A stretch of DNA of 64,000 nt from Guillardia theta CCMP2712 (Eukaryota; Protista; Cryptophyta): assembly GCF_000315625.1 (NCBI RefSeq), contig NW_005434598.1, positions 230,942 to 294,941 on the forward strand, in the 5' to 3' direction. The notes under the pieces are model-generated. The model saw only the letters and a list, made by a program, of their open reading frames with translations, did not search any database and was not told the DNA's origin. Below are positions 59,086-64,000 of the stretch, piece by piece; position 1 is the stretch's first letter, and each line of letters opens with the position of its first letter. The position numbers and the translations under genes are program-made.

Positions 59086-62047
59086 ATGCTGGATGAATCG
59101 GAAACGAAGGACTCGTCTCTGCTGAACTCAGCGGAAGAAGAAGCTCTGAGAAAGATCCTTGGTGAATTGAAGGGCGGAGAGGAAGTAGAGAGCCTGGAAC
59201 AGGAGCCGTTGGTGGAGGAGAACGAGGAGGAAAGAAACGAGACGAGCGAAGAGGAGGAGCAACAGAAGAGAAGACATGAGAGACAGGTTGGGGTAAAGGA
59301 GGAGGACGAGATCCTTGTGCATCAGTCTCATGCAGAAGTTATCACGTCTGTGTCAGAGAAGCGCACGATTGCGCTGACAGTACATGGAGAGGACGAAGGA
59401 GTTAGCTGTGGGTTGATAGAATGGCTCAGCACACACCTGCCGCCGACGTCCAAGGCACAGTGCAGCTGCTTGCATGCTAGCGGGCGATACCTGGTGATCG
59501 GGCTGTCAACAGGACTGTGCAAGGTGTTCGAGTACCAGGAGGAGAACTTATTCGGTCTGTTGGTGCATGAAGCGTCGAACAACGATAGGGTCACGTGTGT
59601 AAGAATTTCACCTCAGGAAACTTTCGTGGTAGTTGGGCATGAAAGTGGTCGGATTGTTGTCTGGGATGTCAAGAGATGTCAGATGCTGAAGAGCTTGACG
59701 GATGTGCAGAACAGTCCGATAACGCGGATTGATTTCATCGAGAATAGGAAGTTCCTGTGTGTGGGAAGCTCAAACCTTGTATTGCTGATGACAATCTCGC
59801 AAGTTTTGATGATGAATGTCGTTCAGAGTGATGTCATGCTGAGAGGAGATGAGTGCGATATTGACAACATCACTTCTCTCTCTGTCGCGCCATCTTCGCA
59901 GGCTGCGGCTGAAAGCGCCCAGGAATCCTCGTCGTTGATTGCTTTCGGTGGTAGCGAGATGGTTTTCCTGACTTCTCTGCAGCCGAAAGCAAAAATCTTG
60001 ATGGCGATCAAACGGCCGAAGCTTGCTCCTGCGTTCGCGATCCCTCAGTTTGGTTGGGCTCCTTGGCAACTTCGGCAGACAGTGAAAGGAGGGTTGGCGG
60101 GTGTGAAGAGCAAGGAGTTGTCAGGTTTTAGTTCGTGCTTGCCTCTGGCGATAGGATGGGGATTCATGTTTCGAGTTGTGAACGTTGAGTTTGCTTTCTT
60201 CGAGTCAGGAGCAACCAATCAATATTGGAATCTGGCAAAGACATCGGGCAACTCGCGATACAAGTTCCATGATGCTTCACAGCACAGGCTGTCTGAATGT
60301 ATCGGAGCGGTTGTTTGGGTGAATGCAAGGACGATCTTTGTCTCGAAGACAGATGGAGCTTTGCTACTCTATGATTGTAAGATGCCTGTGTTGATATCAT
60401 ACCTTTGATATCTTTGTTGACGATGATGTTTGGATGCAACTCTTCAGGAAATTAGTTTTTGACATTGAATTCAACAGATTCTCGTCTACAGTTCTTAACT
60501 TCTTACCGTATTCAAATCTTGGACAACATGATCCTGTCGACAACGTTGGCAAATCAGTTTGTTGACTTCTCACAATCGATCACATGCATCAGGGAGAAAA
60601 CTTTGATTCTTACAAGGAAAGGAGTTTTTTCTCTGCTGCTCACTTCATGGAGTAACTATTTTGACAAGGTTAAGATACTGGTCAGAGTGAGAGAATCTTG
60701 CTGAGTGAAGTTGCAGTTGATGGGCTGTGGCAAGTATGAAGAAGCGTTTGAGATGATGAAGAACCTGCATTCGTCGGGTGTCAGTGAATTCTCTGGAGTA
60801 CCCGTCGAAGACAATAAAAGAAAATATGAAGTTGTGAAAGAGATGAAAAGAACTGTGATGAGTTTGTTGGAAGGTTGCTTTCTTGACTTGAAAGTTACAA
60901 TGATGTAATGATTGTTGTTTTTGGTAACCAGTCAATGGAAATGAAGATGAGTCGGGACAAGTTTTGAGGTAATATTTTTTGTATATGCCTTGTTGCAAGA
61001 GCTCTAGTAAATCTATCTACACAGGCTGTGTTTGAGTGCTCTCTTTGACATGAGGCAAGAGGACTTTGTCTTTGTCGATGTAAGGAACATGTTAGGTAAG
61101 TTTTCTTCCTGCATACCTTGATTGAAGTTGTTAACAATACTTTTCAGTTGAACAATCTAGATTGTTCATATTTCTAGACATCATGGAGGAGATGGTGAAA
61201 ACATCTCTTCACATCCTGTATGTTATTTGCCTCTAACATTATATTTGCAGCTTCTCTCACAGAAAATTACACGGCTGCCCCCGGACGTCATGCAGGTCGT
61301 TTGATCCTTTTTGCCTCGGCACCGATGAGATTGTTATTTCTCATTCTTGTTTCTCAACAGCAACTTCTGGAGAAGTTGAAGATGGAGAAGAATTTTCTCA
61401 GAGCTGAAGATTGTATCTTGCGAACCGAGTTTTCTTGCCTCGATTTCCATCAGGTTGTCTCGTTGTGGATCTGATGATGGAGAAAATGGTTGAGATAATG
61501 ATGGTTGATGTGATGATTTGGATTATAATGATGGAGATGACAATGAAATCATACGAGAAGTAATTATCGCATTTGCAGGTTTCAAAGATCTGCGAAGAAG
61601 AACATCTTGGCAGGGCGATAGTGCACCTGCACACGTATGGCATAAATGATTTCATCACACCTTTCAACATCTTTATCTCACACTTGTCGAACGAAAGAAG
61701 TCAGGTTGTCTTCACGTGATCTCCATTCTTGCTGTATGCTGATACCAAACTCCCAGCATACCACAAACCTGTTGCAAACCTTCTTTGAGTTCCTTCAGAG
61801 AGCTTGTTGTGGTCTGTTCCAAGACGATTTCTCTCCTCTCCGCTTGAAATCCTCAACCACCTCCTCCTCTCCTCTACTCTTCCTTCCTCGTGACTGGGGC
61901 ATCCCGCGAGAGGGAGAAGAGGAGGAGGTGAGGGATCAGATGCTCTGTATGCTGTTTCATGGGAAGAGATCGCAAGATGTTGAAGATCGGAGAAGTTTGA
62001 GGAAAGAACAGATGGGAAGTGAAGACATCAACAATGTGACCCATGTA

Positions 62048-62080
<33 letters not shown>

Positions 62081-62248
62081 GACAACGTGACCTATTTGTT
62101 CCTTATCGATCTTACATCTCATACTTTGCTCCAGAGCTCTTCCTCCCGAGCCATCCGCCTCCTCCTCCTCCTGGATGTTCGCTCCTCTGTCTGCCTACTT
62201 GATCTCGTCCTCAGCTGCATGGCCTCTACCGACGGAGATGGAGAGGAG

Positions 62249-62281
<33 letters not shown>

Positions 62282-63649
62282 CGAAGGATGAAGATGATAC
62301 GACAAGACATTGCGTGCGCTCTCCTGCGTATCCTACGGGAAGACGTATGCTTCCTCTTCAGAGACAAGTCAAGGAAGGAGGAGGAGGAGGAGGAGGAGGA
62401 GGAGGAGAGGCGAACATGGAACATCACTCGCACGCTCCTCCTGCAGCTCCTCCTTCAGCAGCTCCTCCTCGGTGCTGTCTCATTCGACTCTCTGAGTTCC
62501 TGGAATTTCTCCTTCCTTCTCCTGCGCCTCGTTAGTTCCCTCAATGAGCGAAGAGAGGAGGAGGAAGAGCAGGAGGAGGGAGAGGAGGGAGAGAGGGGGA
62601 GGACGAGAGAGGAGAGGGAAAGAAAGGGGGACGGGAAGAGCAGGCGCGTCAAGTGGAGCAGGGAAGATCAGGACGCTTGTGAACAGCTTCTAGTGTCGTT
62701 TGTGAACAGCAAAAGTGGAAGAGCTGGAGCTGGAGCTGGAGCTGGAGCTGGAAGAGGAGGAGATCGTCAACAAGAGGATTTTCATTCACAGATGCTGTGG
62801 AAGATGCTCGAATACTCGAAGGTGAGGAGCTAGTCTGAGGATGAGGACGAGGAGGAAGTCCCAGATGATGATGATGATGAGGAGGAGGAGGAGGAGGAGG
62901 AGGAGGAAGTGAAAGGAGGAGGGCTACACGAGAGACGAGAACAACCGACGACGAGGAACTTAGAGGAGGGAGAGGGGCAGATGAGGAGGAGGAGGAGGAG
63001 GAGGAGGAGGAGGAGGAGGAGTTGATGACAAGTGGATAGGAGGCGAAGATGAAACGATTGTGCCTGTCAATCTTGAGAAACCTTGGGGATATAAGGTGAA
63101 GAATTTCTTGTTGCCTATGAAAAATGATGACGATGATGGAGATGGAGATGGTGATGGTGATGGTTGGGAAGAAGAAGATGATGATGATGGTGATGATGAT
63201 GATGTTCAGAACTCAGTATCATGCAGGGAACTCATCTCGACATCGTTGGCGATGAATGTCAGAGTAGAAGAGATCTTTTCTTTGCTCCGAAGTCTCATCA
63301 GCAACCCATCATCAACAACAGCCAAGAACCTGGTACTTTCAACTTGATTGCAATGTTTCCACCCGCTGAAACCTCCCTCAAGATCGTTGATGTGTTAATG
63401 GAGAATTTCTCCAAGTTGTCAGAACTGGATGCAAAGAAATGTGCGAAGCTGATGGTCATTGGGAACACAAGTCAATGTGCAATGATAGCAAAGAGTTTGA
63501 AAGATCCACGTGTACAGGTGAATCCTTGCCAGCACTTGCATGACTTGGTACTAATGAGAGCTTCTGTAGTTTTGTTATCTGAAAGAAATTTTTCGGATCA
63601 GAGGAGGAGGAGGAGGAGGAGGAGGAGGAGGACTGAAGGAGGCGAATAG
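59086..63649 (+). CDS. VPS8: Vacuolar protein sorting 8 (CORVET subunit), multi-exon; 3' end uncertain
   Basis: WD40 region (YLVIGLSTG, RVTCVRISPQETFVVVGHESGRIVVWDV, LAIGWG), then Vps8 core ITRLPPDVMQ|QLLEKL..AEDCILRTEFSCLDFHQ|VSKICEEEHLGRAIVHLHTYGINDFITPF. Confidence 0.85.
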
Positions 63650-64000
63650 TCCGGAGGTTGAACGGACGCCTGATCTCTTCGGGCGGCCTAACCTCGGGCA
63701 GCGGATCGTGTCACTCGGCCCGCGTCATGTCATCTGGCTGATAAGGGACGTGACCCGGATGATGGGCTCACATGACGGGTCACGTGACACAACACTGAAC
63801 CAAGAAAAAGACATTTTTGTTTCACAAATCCAAGAACCCCAGTCGAGGTTTCTCCCCGGGCGAAGAAAAACTCCCTTTGACCCGCTGTTTCTCGAACGAA
63901 CCTGCCGGCTGGGTCTGGCAGAAGACGACAGCTTCCTTAAGCCAGTCCTCGACCCAATGGAGGACGACTCGCGCTAAAAGTCCGAAATGCCCGGGGCATG

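Overview
Eukaryotic nuclear DNA from a draft assembly (three 100-N gaps). Genes are intron-rich, with many ~40-60 nt introns and longer introns filled with microsatellites. Flagellar/basal-body genes (IFT46, Sfi1-like) and a signal peptide + Phe-start transit peptide point to a flagellated alga with a complex red plastid. A cryptophyte such as Guillardia is my guess, not verified. Genes reconstructed by hand-splicing, left to right: five-bladed beta-propeller glyco-enzyme (+), SLC35B1-like nucleotide-sugar transporter (-), IFT46 (-), an unknown multi-exon gene (+), secreted double-LysM protein (-), plastid-targeted FemAB-like/DUF482 GNAT protein (+), an [isochorismatase-like]x2-[TIR]x2-guanylate cyclase fusion (-), a convergent HMG-box pair, Sfi1-like protein (+), ABC1/UbiB kinase (-), HIT4 homologue (+), tandem-domain sulfotransferase (-) and Vps8 (+). 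The best candidate for a new system is the cysteine-hydrolase/TIR/guanylate-cyclase protein. Other notable items: a conserved ~36-bp motif at the junction of GGGTA-rich and CCGG-rich intergenic blocks, an orphan exon in four copies, a 21-bp perfect hairpin beside a 28-bp triple repeat, and near-identical tracts within otherwise diverged duplicates. Exon boundaries and most start codons are manual estimates, and family assignments come from remembered motifs, not searches.
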